DNA of 64,000 bases from Phoronis australis (Eukaryota; Animalia; Phoronida). A program made the translations under genes and the position numbers. The notes beneath the pieces were generated by a model. The model worked only from the letters and a program-made list of their open reading frames with translations. It had not been told where the DNA came from and did no database searches. The DNA is taken from positions 951,458-1,015,457 of the forward strand of contig NMRA01000059.1 of assembly GCA_002633005.1 (NCBI GenBank). Direction: 5' to 3'. Of this stretch, positions 27,480-41,060 are shown piece by piece. Numbering within the stretch: position 1 is the first letter of the stretch; each line of letters opens with the position of its first letter.

Positions 27480-27860
27480 CTGCTAGCCAGCCTGTCAGGG
27501 TTATACTTCAAAGAACCTTGGCGTTGGATAAGCTGGAGAGTATTCAGTTTCTGCACCTTCATTGTTGTTCATCCTCCATAGCACAACAGAGACCCAATCT
27601 TCACTGGAAGACAATCAACTCTGAAGTGTTGGCTAGGAACAAATGACTGCTGTCTGACCAGGTCAAAAGGACATTCCATATGGTGAGAAAACATGAAATA
27701 TATGTCAATGCATTTTCTGCGAAGTGGCCTAAGGGAAGACAGTAGCCTGCATAAGGAGGCACCATATTTGTCCACTGTTTCATCATGCCCAGAACTCCAT
27801 GTTGACTGGTCTGTTTCCAACAGCTTGTTTTGGGCCTACATAATTTGTCTATTGTGTTGT
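27480..27860 (+). mobile_element. Possible very old L2/CR1-type LINE 3' fragment
   Basis: Broken frames give LDKLESIQ...LHWKT...FSNSLF, reminiscent of L2/CR1 ORF2 C-termini. Weak. Confidence 0.3.
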
Positions 27861-30800
27861 GTCCTGGGCAGAATTAATCGAGTAGGCTACTGCCAATGGA
27901 TTACTTTCACCACCTAGTTGTTTTCAAGTTGTTTTGGCCAGTAATGGAAAACAGTTACCTGCCTCATTGTACAAATTAATCTCTGGACAACAGTAACTTC
28001 AGCTGCAGTTGGATTGTTTCTTTGAAGGTCCTGTCAAATTTAGAGGTAAGCCAACGGATTTCTTGATTTTTTTCATGGATGCCAAGTTGTATGCAAAACG
28101 AAGACTACGATTCATATATGTAAAAAATGCTAATAAACTCATTTGCCAAAAAACAATGTTTGAATGCTCAGGTTGCTTATTTTTATGAAATCGGTCTACC
28201 CTTTGCTCCTTACTCAGGAGTTATTTTAAACTTAAGAAATTTTTTATCCGCTTTTACGTAATTGGTAGTTAACAACTTTCCATGCTTATAGATTTTACCT
28301 TTGGTTTCCATAAAATGCCGCTTTTGGAATATTCAGACCTGGCTTAGCCACTGTAGAAAAGTCCACCATCAAAGGGCGGTACTGAACCCATGGTACCGGC
28401 GTGCGTCACTCAGTCGCATATCCAGACTGATCGGTCAATAGGTAGTTGCAAGTGATTTAGAGATGCTTTTGGCAATTTCAATGTCGCACCCAAATCTAGA
28501 AATTCACATCACTGCGGAAACTGGTGTGCATTGTTTAGATGCGACCAGTGTTGCGACATTGGGCTCTACCTCTCATTTCCCAATCTGAAAAGTTCTATGA
28601 ATGGTTCACGCCAATTTGGATAATAAGTCGCTCGCTACAGCACCTGGACTTCTGTGAAGGATACTTTTGTTTGAGGCTAAGGAACAAAAAAGTGTGTCAG
28701 TGATCACTGCTGTCTGGTCCTGGTAACATTCTTTCTTGATTTAATTCGTTTGGACTACAAAAACTTAATCCTTCGTTGAAAATTTAACTTGATGTTTGAA
28801 CAACAAAAATTTTGTGATAACCTCAATAGCTCTTCAAAAATATCTATGAAGGTTATCACAAACCTTATTCACAAAATTGGCTATTTTTTACAATACTTCA
28901 CATGTGTCTAGCACAATATCTGGATTACAGCTGCTTTTAAAAATAAACGAATACTGGCACACACTATGGGTTTATGTACTCATTAGAATATATGGTTCTT
29001 CTTAAGCCAAGAACCCAGCAAGATCTTAACCTTAGATGTAAACGTCTGACAGTTTACAGTTTTTTCTTACCATATTCATCCACGTTAGTGCACAACTCCA
29101 GTGTCTTGTGTGAATGTTAGCTTCCAAACCACAAAACACTTGTGAGTAACTAACAGTCAGAGATTCAGTGGAACTGTGCCTTATTTGAAAGGTAAATAAT
29201 CATAGTCTCCTGCTAATGTTTCTTTTGACTTCTATGTAAGCAAATCCAACATCAATGCAGCCTCCTGAACTGCTCATGTTTTCCTCATTCCCAGTCCCCT
29301 CAGTTCTTTCTTCCCTAGAACCTAAGAGCTGTGGGCTTTATTCTGGGGAAATATGGTACTTGCTTCTTAAACAACATAGACTGCTTTTGAGGTGAAAGTG
29401 TTGAAAACTATTAAACAATTTGCTTTTTGAGAATTTTCTATTAAGATAGTTCTCCTAAAATACTCAAGATTGTACCAAAGTTTTGCTTGATGATCGCCAT
29501 ATACATTGTGGTTTGTGATAAGGCCATGGTTTTCTGAACATTTATTTTTTGAGAAATCTACTCAGTTCTGGACAAAAATAATTGCCAAATGCGCCCTTTT
29601 CTCATTTTTCAAGGTCTTCTATAACATCGCTATAAATGTCTACATTTTTTCAAAATGATGTCTTTGGGCACCTATGGTACAAAGTTTGAACACGGAAAAG
29701 TGTGAACTTGGTGCTAGGTATCTTTTCTCGAAAAAACGGGAAACTAAGATTTCAGTTATCCGCCATATTGTCTCATAAATTAGTGATGTTTGACTATAGG
29801 CATCGTGCCTGCACCTTTTTATATCACCTTCTTCAATACCAATCCGGCTTTTCAGTGTCAGCTTCTGAAATCACTTCCCGTTAATTTCCACATATTTTGC
29901 TACAAAGCGTTTGTAGTCAACACATCTTGTGTGTTATATATCCCTTGTTGAATAGAACAATAACCCATTGTCATCTAAATGCATTGTCTGGCTACAGAAT
30001 GCACTATCAATTGAGTCACCAGTTACTTAGCTTCTCAAGGAGCTTGTGTACACTTCGAATTAGCATCGATTTTTGTTTTGTACACGGCAATGTGATAATA
30101 GGGAGAGTATGTTTTGTGGGTATTCAGATTACTTGTGCTGGCAGGCGTAATCTAGGTACATGTCTTCTTTTGTCAGTTGTGCATTTGTGCTAATGAATGC
30201 TTGCTTGTACTTCTGTTTGTACACTGTTTAATTGATTGTGTATGAAGTCAAAATAGTTAAGTGCCATGGCAGCTTAGTGATAGCTGAGGATGCTGTTCAT
30301 GGTAACAGATTGTGATATCAAGATACTGTGAGTAGCCCGTATGGGTGGTATTGACAATGTGATACGGTAATACTGTACTTCGCTTATGGCGGAGTTCAAA
30401 TGGGGTTGGGAGAATGCTGCACACTGGGTGCCTGCAGCGTGGCCTTCAAGTAAATTAAAAGTGACCATCATCACCTGTAAACAGCGTAATGCATGGTAGG
30501 ACTCTAAGCATTTGTTTTTCTGATTACGACTAGTAGGCATCAGGATTTGGGAAACGGTTAGTTTGTGCGCTCTGGGATCGCACGTATACTATCGATTTTA
30601 TGGCCATTATTGTTGTAAAAATGCTCAAATTTGAACACTTTCTTTAATGCTTGAGGCACTACGTGTCTGAGAAGAGGAATTTTATTCTCTGAAAATTTGA
30701 ATGCAAATTGGCTTCAAAAAATTTAACTCTGATATTAGTAGGATTAGTCTGGTATATTTGTCATGACGCAACAATGTTGATTATTTATGGCGAGGTAGCC

Positions 30801-32210
30801 AGCATTTGAACAACAGAAAACAGTTATTGACAATTATTTTTGTGCGCAGTAACACACCAAATTATTTTACCTGACTACTTTTCATTCTATTCACACAATT
30901 TGAATCCAATGTTTGCTATTCAGGAGTTTTATCTATTGCTTTTAGTTTCTGATTGGTTTATAACTTTTCAATTTTTTATCAGGTTGGTCTGCTGATTAAT
31001 ATGATTCTAACCAAGAGGTCTCATGAATAATACATGTAGGTGCAGGGTTAATGTCCAGGGCTGGTAAGCTGGGAAATTAAAAAGTGCTGAGGCATTGAGC
31101 AGCAAAGCATGGGCGCTTTAAGACAAATGTTTGAGAAGTCAGGGATGAAAATTTACCCAGATGGTTGGTTCACTTATGCATATACCTACACCACATTTTA
31201 CACGCAGATGCACACGAGTCAAAATGGCCATTTTAATGCGTCTCCTTCAGAGCAAGTATGCATTTTCCTGCCGAAATGCTGCAAGGTTTCCCTGACTACG
31301 TATTCATGGCATTACCCCAAGGTAACCCATTTATGTACATTATTGGAGCTAAACTTCCATGAGATGGAGGTTCATAGAGACAGAGACTTTAAAGGAGAAT
31401 GCCACTCGATTTAATTATAGTCTTTTTTACCATCTCAATCGGTCCATATCCACATCACCCCTTATACGGTCGACCTCACCTTGCTGAGAGGTGTCGCGTT
31501 AACCTGTGAGGAAGGTGAGAAACAACGCAGTAACGTCAGTGGTTCCTCTGCAGAGTGAGTGCCGCTATGGTATGGTGTGTCGTTCCCGCTTGTGTGAACT
31601 ATGAAGCAGCGAGGAAAGCGGGTATATCGTTTTTTCGATTCCCTCGAGAACCCATTATGCTACGGAAGTGGCTCGCAGCAGTGACGAATGAAAAGTACGT
31701 CGTGAATACCAAGTAGGCGGTGACACTTCTCTGCGTCTGTGGCCGGCATTTCGTTGACTGATTTCACTGACAAACGCCAGCTTATCAAACAGCTCATGCT
31801 AGGGCAGAAAAAGAGACTCAAGGCTGAAGTCAGATGCTGTGCCTATAGTGCGTTCGGCAGGCAGAAGACAAAGAAACGCAGATTTGTTGTTGATCAATTT
31901 TTGATTATGGAGAATTGTAGCTGGCCAGGAAAACAAACAATTACAATTAATTCAAGGCATGAGAACATAATGTTTTATATAACCTGTTTGATGACTTACT
32001 CGTTCGTCAGGCTTCTATTTAGTCCTCTGGGTGTATGATGTTTTCCCCAGTTCTTTATTTAGATAAACATATTCATTATTTGAATCATTGTTCCTATACA
32101 ACTTTTGCCCTGACGGTTCTGTGTCAGGGTAACTTGACTTTGCGTCCCTCAACGAGTAATTAGATTTAAAGTTTCGAGGCTAATTTACCAAAATAATCAC
32201 TAGCACTTAA

Positions 32211-35200
32211 GAGTGACTCCATATAAAAACCAACAGGTAGAGTCTATACCCAAAATCACCGATTTTTTTGAAACTTAGCACATAAGTTTGATTTGTTGAG
32301 AAGTAGAAAAACCTCACTTTTTAAGAATTTTCATTCATTATTTTTCTTTTTATGACCTGTACCTCCATTTTGCAACAAAATTGGGCGTCGAAGTAGGCAT
32401 GTTTGAATGCATTTTACTAGCATGTATGATACGGTCAAAACAAATGAATAATACGAATTGAAAGGGCAATGGCTGAATAATGTAATGGCATAACTTTCAA
32501 AATCCATTTTTAAATTTATACGTTTTGAATTTGTGAGGCAAAAACGGTTATTTTTCAGGTTTTCACTGAAGCCATTTTCGGCCACATTTGACACTCTGTA
32601 GCAGCCATAACGCACCTTTCCTGAAATTGACTTTATAATAATTTGTTAGGTCATTCCTAACCTGTTTATAATCTAAAATAAAAAATCTTGCCTCTAATGT
32701 AGTTTTTGCGTACGAAGCATTATACGAACTGCACTTCGTCCTTTTGCATGTTCTCAGTTGCCTCTGCTGCCAATAGGGGGCTCTTGGAACATATAATAAG
32801 CTTGCGAAACACGAAATAAAAACTTTGTATTTTGGAGAAAAGGCAGACAGCATTATTAATTACCATTCTATGAAAACGGCATTGATGATTAATACTTATT
32901 ACAAAAATGTGTACGTAAATCAACTGGCATGCGTGCTTCTAAATGATAGATGGCGCTGCTTTTGTTTACGTGGAGACTGAAGACGCATCTAGAATAAGAG
33001 CAGTAACACGAGGACCTTGCTATAATTCAAGACTTCGCGAGATGTTGCCGTGTATTTTAAATGAGAACACGTGGTTTTGGATAAATTTTAGAGAGGTTCT
33101 AGTGTTACTGAACTCACCCCTGCCTTGTTTTCTATCTGCCTTGTTCGTGCCACAGGCAAAGGAAGCCACCCAAGGTGGATATGCCCCGGCCCCTAGTGTT
33201 CAGTGCAAAAAATCCTTCAACTTGTCAATAGTCATTGTAACTTTGGGTTCATATTGTAATGTCCCTGCTGGTTGCTACAAATTTTAGTCGCCACCAGTCG
33301 CCAGAAATCTGGTGTTCCCCCCACACACACCGGGCACCCTAACGCTGAATATTTCTGCCAGTGTGATCATCAGTGGTATAAAAAGGTACACATTCACAGT
33401 TAATAGAAAATAATTCGCGAAAGACAATTTTATTAATGACTACTTCATGACAGACATGAAGTAAACAGAAGTAACGGTCTCGACTTCATATATCACACAT
33501 CTTTGACTGGTATGCTACAAAACTAGGCTAAACGTTGAGCTCATTTATCACTTCATTCAGTAAACATAACAGCATCTTCAGCAGAAATAGCATCGTCATA
33601 AACATTGCTGCAGACAACCTCGAAAAAATCCACCAATCTGCGATTCACTTAACATCACAGGTAAATTTACACTTTCACAGTGGGTTCTCGGCGTAATGTT
33701 TTCTCCCGGCATTTTGGCACTTCCGAGGGTGAAAGTTTTTACCTGACTTTCTCCTTCATCGAATATGTTCGTCAGAAAGTTCTTAACCTTTGATGAAAAT
33801 CTTGTTGACCTTTTACCTTTTTTCAATGCCTAACCTATTGCTTCAGCATTCGTCTCATCCACATTGTACTCTGAGGCTGCCTCAAATGACGCTCCGGGTT
33901 CTTGCATCTAAAAGCATTTCTGACGACTGTCGTGCGATGTGGTCATACGTGTTCAGTGTGGTTACCCACATCCAAACGCCGACCTAGTTCTGCGTCTGTA
34001 GCAAAAAATCTCGAGTAACCTTGCTGGGTACAAGGGAACTTTTGTTGAGGCTCTTCACTAGATACAATTCCAACCTTAAGTCTTGGTGTTGAAAATCCGC
34101 CATGTCTAGAGATGTTAGTGTAATTTAGAGAAATAGGTTTCCCATTTTCTCAGTATTTGTAAGAACTTACCGTCATCTACATGGAATGATTTCCACACGT
34201 GAATTCCTTGGATGGAATAGTGGGAATTTGGGAATGTCCTTATACCAGGAACTGAGTATTTTGGAAAAGACTTTGTTGCATTGACTGAAAATGCATACAC
34301 ATAACATCCCTTCACACGGCCACTGGAAAGTAGTGCTTCTTTCAAATCCAGAAAGTTTATGATATTATTACTTTCGGCTACAAAGTACTTTGCATGTTGT
34401 TTGAGTGGAGCGATCTTGCGATCACAGAGATCCTTTCCATTCTGACTTTCACTAAAGTCATATCTCGAAACAGAAATGCCGGTAGAATTTGACAAAGGTG
34501 CTACGTTCAGGAGGAGAGGAGCAGAGTGGTAACATCCAGCATTACCTGACTCTTCCATGACTGGTCCTGTTCAGTCAGAAATTCACCGACTCTGGGTAGT
34601 ACGAGTCCGTACTCTGGAACAGGCCTTGCTTTGTGAAGTAGTTTCTTGTATCTCAAATGTTCAGTGGTGTCTTTGACATGACTCACTAAAGCACACAGCT
34701 TTTGTGATTTTTTGAAGAATAAACTCTAAAGGAACATGAAGGCCCATCGACATCGTCCGCCATTTTGTCTTTTTAAAATGCACTTGCTTCTCTCAAAACC
34801 AGACATTACAAATATCAATTCTTACTCGTTTAATCTTAAAGGCATTTATTTCCATTCAAAAGTTGTACAGAGTGTTTAAATTAACCTGATTATGTAAAAG
34901 AAATGAAAGAATACGAGAGGATTACACGTACATTTTTTATAAATCCTCAAGCTTTAAACCTCAACTGACTTCCTCAGTGGGCAAAGGTCATCGGGTTCAG
35001 TTTTGATACTAGCCGCGTAATAAACCCAGAAAACATCTTGTTTTCATTTGAAAGACTTTAGACTTGGTTTCTATAACTATTTAAAGCAGACTTCTTGCCT
35101 AAAAGTTTGTTCAAATGGTTTGTAAACTCTGCTCGTCATTTCCAAACTATGAAAATAGACAGTTTTGCAAGACAATTTTCACTAAAGTGCAAAGTTGAGG

Positions 35201-35689
35201 CAAGATTTTTTATTGCTCAGTCATCAAGACTAACTCTTTAACTGTATGTTCAAAACGTCACATAAGGCTACAAGGTGTTTTATGGCAGTAAGAAGGTCAC
35301 AAAAATGGCCACTAAAATTAGCCCCAAAAAGTGGTCTGTGGATTATCTCCCCTGTCTAGCATAAAACTGTTAGATTTTAATAAATGGCACAGAATTATGC
35401 ACAGTATACGTTGGTTATTTCAGCCACCAAAATATAGCTTTTGATCTATTTTGTATGTTACTCATTTTTGTTGCTGAAAACATGCGATTTTTGAGACGGC
35501 TAATATGCCCAATTGTGCCAATTTGTGTTATCATGCTCCAGCGGCGAAATTAGGGGTCATTGAGTGCGCAAAATTTGGCATTTGGGTTTTTGTTAGGATA
35601 CCTACCCATGTACAAAAAATGAAGTTGTTTTAAATTTTGACGTATAGACTGATTTTTGAAAATCTACTGGTTTTTATATGGACTGCCTC
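32211..35689 (-). mobile_element. Sola3-like DNA transposon (internally deleted)
   Basis: TTAA duplication (32207-32210, 35690-35693); GAG...CTC termini; TIR core tccatataaaaacca; further inverted matches inside (agtctatac, aataaaaaatcttgcctc); transposase remnant. Confidence 0.8.
33596..34558 (-). pseudogene. Sola3-like DDD transposase, C-terminal part (frameshifted)
   Basis: GNAGCYH...YDFSESQNGKDLCDRKIAPLK (first Asp of the expected SDNAGCYH is absent); degenerate C2H2 CTQQGYSRFFATDAELGRRLDVGNH; RFSSKVKNFLTNIFDEGE...QIGGFF. Confidence 0.7.
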
Positions 35690-37324
35690 TTAATTTGTTT
35701 GTCATACTAGTATAGTCTTTTCATGACTGGAAGTGTAGTTTAAAACTTTGGCTGTTTTATGTTCGTGATGTCCCCGTGTGGCCCGACGGGCCTGATCAGG
35801 TTCCGAGCCACTGTGTTTTGTGTGTGTAGAACTGAAAAGTCTAAAATTACATTACACACCAACCTTCTCCTGTCTGTATTTCACGGAAGAACAATTCAAA
35901 TTTATCACCAAACAGACCCCAAACTCTCGCAACTGACCTTGGTATATTGGCCTACCGAACTTTGTTGGCTATGGTATGCTCAAATACCTATAAATCCATA
36001 ACAGTAAAATAAAAGAACACGTTTGTTCAAGAACTTCATGTATTTGTAAATGTTTTACATCGAGTTTTGATGATTCATTGGTGTAAAACGATGAATTCAA
36101 GCGATAAGCTGACACCAATAAGCATGTTGTGAACTGCTGAGCAGACCGCATTCGAACCCTTAACATCATTGGTTAATTTTAACTCCTCCATCTGCCGTCA
36201 GGTGTCAGGTAAAAGAACTGTACTTGCTGTTATAGAGTGGAACTACTCGATCTAAATTGATACAAAATAGGTTGTTTTTCCGGTGGCAAATCTCCTCAAT
36301 GTTCCGTAGGATCTTTACTGACAAGCATATTTAGGACAAGTGTCAACAAAAGGATGGATTTTAACTTGGTAAAAGTATAAATATTCTGAAAGTTGAAAGC
36401 CTGCAGAATTTGATTTTTGACTTTTTACCAATCTGCTAGTAATTGAGTCATGTGACCATGCCTTTTCAGAAAGATTTAGCAAAAGGAAAGATACATTGAT
36501 TGCAAAACGGTACCATCAAATTTTATTGTAATATATAAATGTTTAAGATGAGATCTCAAAAATGCTATGAACATTATTGAGTACGGTATTCTAAAATTTC
36601 ATTATGTTTTTTTAATACGACTCAGGAGTTTCTTCCTGAAAATCAGAAGTCCTGTTCTTTGATGACCCCTGATGTAAAAGTAGAACTTTTTAAAACACTT
36701 TCTGACAGTGTTCTGTAGAATTGAACATTAAGCATATTATCTGAAAGTTTCATAACAGTCGGTTAAGACATTGCTGAGGTATGATGTTCCAAACTTTGCC
36801 AAATTTTGAATTTTTCTATGGCTCTACATAACCTCAATTATATAAATCAGGAGTGAGTGCTAAGATGAACATTTGAAAGGGAACACTTGGAAATTTTGGA
36901 AGTGAGTGTTCAGGCATGGGCTTTAATCCAGGAGAATATGGTAGGTCTATGTTTGGTGTAGCTTGCACCACATAAGCACATTGTAAAGTGTGCAACCAGG
37001 TCCAAGTTTCTAAATCGTTTTAATGTACTTGATTTTATTTTTTCACACTTGACACCTAATCATGAGATAATGGTTGAACAAGCAGGCCAATGTGGGTGGT
37101 GCGTGGCCATAAATGAGTGGGGAAATTGGGCCAACTTGTGTCTATGATTTGAGGAAAATGTCGAACTAATTGCTCTGCAAACAGGCAAATGTCGGCTAAT
37201 ATAATGTCTATAAATTATTCAGTCCATTTGATGTATTGAGAAAAATTTCAGTATTGTTTCCGACAGACAATTTGGTGATGTATTACTTCACTAATTAACT
37301 TTGACTGTGATGTATTTCGACTCG

Positions 37325-37705
37325 GGCCTGTTCATGCGACTATTCTGAGGAAATTTTTGCGCAAAATTTTGTGGAATTTCAGAATTGGAATTGCGGAATC
37401 GTAATTGCGGGAAAAAAATATGGCGTGAACGCAAAAATACCACGATACCAGTTTCACCAAATCTTGTGGAATTTATTGCGGAAAACGCTCCAGATGCTGT
37501 GATAGTTGTTAACACAACCTTGATGATTAATTAGTCGTCGCATACTGAACACAAACCACAAACGTTTATCGGAAATAAGTCTTGAAATCTCTGTTGTCTC
37601 GTTATAAAAATTTGGTTTAGTGAGAAACATGGTCTGAAGCAGAGACTGAGTTACTCAGCGACTTTGTGGTGGGAACCCGTTTTAGATGGCCAGCCATCTG
37701 GAACA
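37325..37705. mobile_element. Second copy of the element end seen at 24664
   Basis: Shares ggcctgttcatgcgact, ttgcggaatcg and tggtctg..gcagagactgag. Confidence 0.6.
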
Positions 37706-40527
37706 GGGAACGATGGGCTGGCTTTAGTTAGAATCAGGAACAAACTTGAGGTACCTTGGCAAAATTAAGTTGTGTTCAATCACCATACTTATTTTAGAGA
37801 TTATTTTAGAAGTATTACCTATATGTTCAAAATTGTAGTTTTTGTTATGGCTAGCTGTTTTATTGTTTACCTCTTAATAAAAATTGAACTATGTTTTATT
37901 AAACATCTCATTACATGATCCAGTGGTGACCTCTGACCTCTGATGCTTGATGTTTGATGTGTATAATTTTTATTTCACTCTGTAAATTAGTATTGACTGT
38001 TGCTTGCTGTAGTCATTAATAAATTGTCAAATGCTTTGGATGGTAGGTTAGGTATATTAAGTTTGAATTGGGGTGACACTTAAGAAATTACTGGATGTAA
38101 GTATTGATTGTTTAACGTGGCTATCAACCTGCCTTCAGTCACTAAAAGTAACTTTTGATAGCGACCACTTAACGTAATGAAATTGGTCTCAAACTCTTCC
38201 TTAGTCAAATGAAAGTAATGAACTAACAGTCATTGTATTGTGTCTGAGGCACTGAAAGGCCTTTCGCACTGTCTCCGAAGCTTCATTATTGCCAATTGGA
38301 ACATTTCGATGACATCGGAATTATCGGCAGGGGTCACTGCCTGTGTTTGCCAATATCGGGAAGTGACTGTTTACTATTTGTAATTGTTTTGTTCTAATAA
38401 TTATTATTTTGGCGGTTTAAGCATTCTGTTTCAATTTATCCACGTATTTCCGGGATTCTTTCCATTATAAAAGTCACTGAACATGTAGTGTACGCAAAAC
38501 GAGTTGCAGCCACGCCATACTACCTTCGTTTGGATCAGCTGTTAGCCTGTACAAAAGTCAAATTTTTTAATTACTATGTCATTTTCTAGTACATTGGCAT
38601 CACCCCCAACGTGGCTGCTATAAGGTGAAGTTGACGTTCTAGTTTCCATCTGGAGAGGGGGGAGGTTCTTTGCCATTTCTGATGACAAGCACTGTCAAAA
38701 ACAGCAAGGTCATATTAGCACCACCTTGGGGAACTTTGATGAACTATAATTCCACAGGTGATGGGAGCACTACCATTTAACTTCATGGTTAAGCACAGTT
38801 AACTTTGAAGCTTTGATAGTAGTGAAGTTAACTGTATGGGAAAGGAGCTTTAAAGTTGGTGTGTCAAAGCAGGGTGAGTTGTTCTATGAACCAAGCATGG
38901 TTTGAACCATTAACGAATTACTATGTTTAACCCCAAAACTCTTATTTGAGTTAGGAGTTAGTTGAGATCAGTTTGAATTTGTAAGTGTTCTATTCATTAG
39001 TAAATTTCATTGATAGGATACAGGTTTAGACCAGCTTCAAAATACCGTAAACGTTCGGGTTAATGCCCTTGGTGGTTAAATTGACAAAACCAAAAAATCG
39101 GGGGTGGGCGGTTAACCAGACATGGATGCTTAAACGTGAAATTTCAAAAAATCCAGGGTGGGCGGTTAACTGAACATGGGCACTTATTATGACAGACAAC
39201 CGCCGTGGGCGGTTAATCTTACCTCGTGATCCAAGTCCCCACACGACAGACGTACTCGGAACGCGTAGCACTTTTCACAGTGCTTTATCGTCACGTTGCC
39301 AAATGATGGTAAAAACTTCATAACAGCGGATAATCCCAACAAAGGTTCTATTGCCCTCAGATTAGTCATTCACAATTAAATTTAAAAAATTGCTGTGTAA
39401 TAAACCCATGCCTTCATGCGGTCTTGTTAGTTTGTTACAACTGTAGTGCGCAGACGTCCAGTGACCATACAGCGCTCCACTTGGATTGCTAGTGGTTACA
39501 CTGCAAAAGAGTGCGGGCGTGCAAGCTTCACGTGTTGCAGAGGTCACAGCTGACATCAAGGTCACAGTCCCGTGCTAGCTTTCAAGTTCAGAGTCAGACG
39601 CAGTTTTAAAATTAGTTGTAATGAAGTCTGAAAAAGTAATTCAGGTGTTTTTTGTGTTTGAGATGTTTATAGTCGACACTATTGGCTCAATAACTTTTTC
39701 ACTTCCTGTTGCGCGAAACATGCTTGGCAAAGAAGTACGACAAGAATCGGGTGGGGGGGAGTAAGAAGACATGAGCCAGACGTCAATCATGAAGAAAAGT
39801 TCGAACCATGGCATAAATATGTGATAAAACGTCACAAAACAGCGATGTTTCAATTCATTCTTAAATGACCACCTTACCCAACTTTGTGGTGGAAAACACA
39901 TTTAGTTTACATGCAAGATGTCCAGATTATATCTTATTATAAAATCACCTACACTATCGCACTGCGTCACTGGTCAGTCCCGCTGTTTGCACGCAATGTC
40001 CCGGCAGGCAATCTTGACTTGGAAAGGCTGTCAAGTAATATAACCGCTTCTTTCAATATGCGTCTTGTTTTTAATGGCCAAAGATAGCGGCGGGATAACG
40101 TAGGACCTACGTATGAGTAACCTGTCAATCACGTGTTGGTGTCAAAGTAACATGCACTCAGTGTGGGAACTTCCGCGCGTACACCACTACCAAGTTACAC
40201 ATCAAAAGAGAACAGCGACAATCCTAAGTAAAAGCAACCGGCGTGGCGCTGTACTTTTAAGCTGTTGTTAGGAAAGACCTTCTGCTTTACGATATTCCTC
40301 CGTTCCAGTGTCCCCCAAAACTGCGATGTCAAGTCTACTTCGATATTTTCCGGCTCGATGTTCCCTAGGCCCGAGTGTGCCATGCCCGTAGCTAGGTGCG
40401 TGCACCTCCTACCAACTATTGCCAATTTTCAGTCAGTCTGCGTTGTAGATATTTCAGGCTCGAATGGTAAGACTTTTGTTCAGGATGAAACTGGCCAATG
40501 TTGAAACAAAATTATTCTGGATAGCTA

Positions 40528-41060
40528 AAAAGCAATTAAAAGGGACTCTAATACTTTCAAACGCAGCACATCTTGCTCCACGTAGCGAATTGACGTGTTT
40601 TCCACAATTTCTTGACGGGTGATTTTACGTGCGTGGTATTGCAGAAAATGATCTTGAATGGCGCCATCAAGATCATTTTCTGCAATACCACGCACGTAAA
40701 ATCACCCGTCAAGAAATTGTGGAAAACACGTCAATTCGCTACGTGGAGCAAGATGTGCTGCGTTTGAAAGTATTAGAGTCCCTTTTAATTGCTTTTGAGA
40801 AGCCTATTTTGAATGAGCAGCAAACAGGGTCGCGCCGCACGTTACACTTGTTTGCGTGACTTTCCTGTTACCCTAATTCTTTAGTCATTCTTTGCAGTAT
40901 TTCACACCCGCCGTGTCTCACTGTGTGTGTCGTCAGCTTATACTCTGTGGTGGCATTACTGCGTCATTTTATCTTCACTTGAGAATGAAACAAGTATGTT
41001 TCGAAATATCGTGTGTCTTTTTAATTATGTCGCTAGGTCAGTTACTGTATCTATGTTCAG
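40528..41060 (+). mobile_element. 5'-truncated, 5'-inverted Penelope-like element 3' end (GIY-YIG C-terminus + UTR)
   Basis: NGAIK/HFLQYHARKITRQEIVENTSIRY...RLKVLESLLIAFEKPILNEQ...LHLFA* resembles PLE GIY-YIG C-termini; 40528-40796 is a foldback; a hammerhead follows. The 3' limit is approximate. Confidence 0.8.
40976..41013 (+). ncRNA. Minimal type I hammerhead ribozyme, U3-A8 core variant
   Basis: cac-TTGAGAA-t-gaaac(aagtat)gtttc-GAAA-ta-TC-gtg: stem I cac/gtg, stem II gaaac/gtttc, located in a PLE UTR. Confidence 0.65.

Larger units (their letters stand above)
31393..36296 (+). mobile_element. Kolobok-type transposon copy B, interrupted by a Sola3-like element
   Basis: ttaa|aggagaatgccac left end and gtggcaaatctcct right end; THAP remnant with RLKSDAVPIV (AVPTIF-like box) at 31821-31850. 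Host sequence resumes after 35693, collinear with copy C. Confidence 0.85.
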
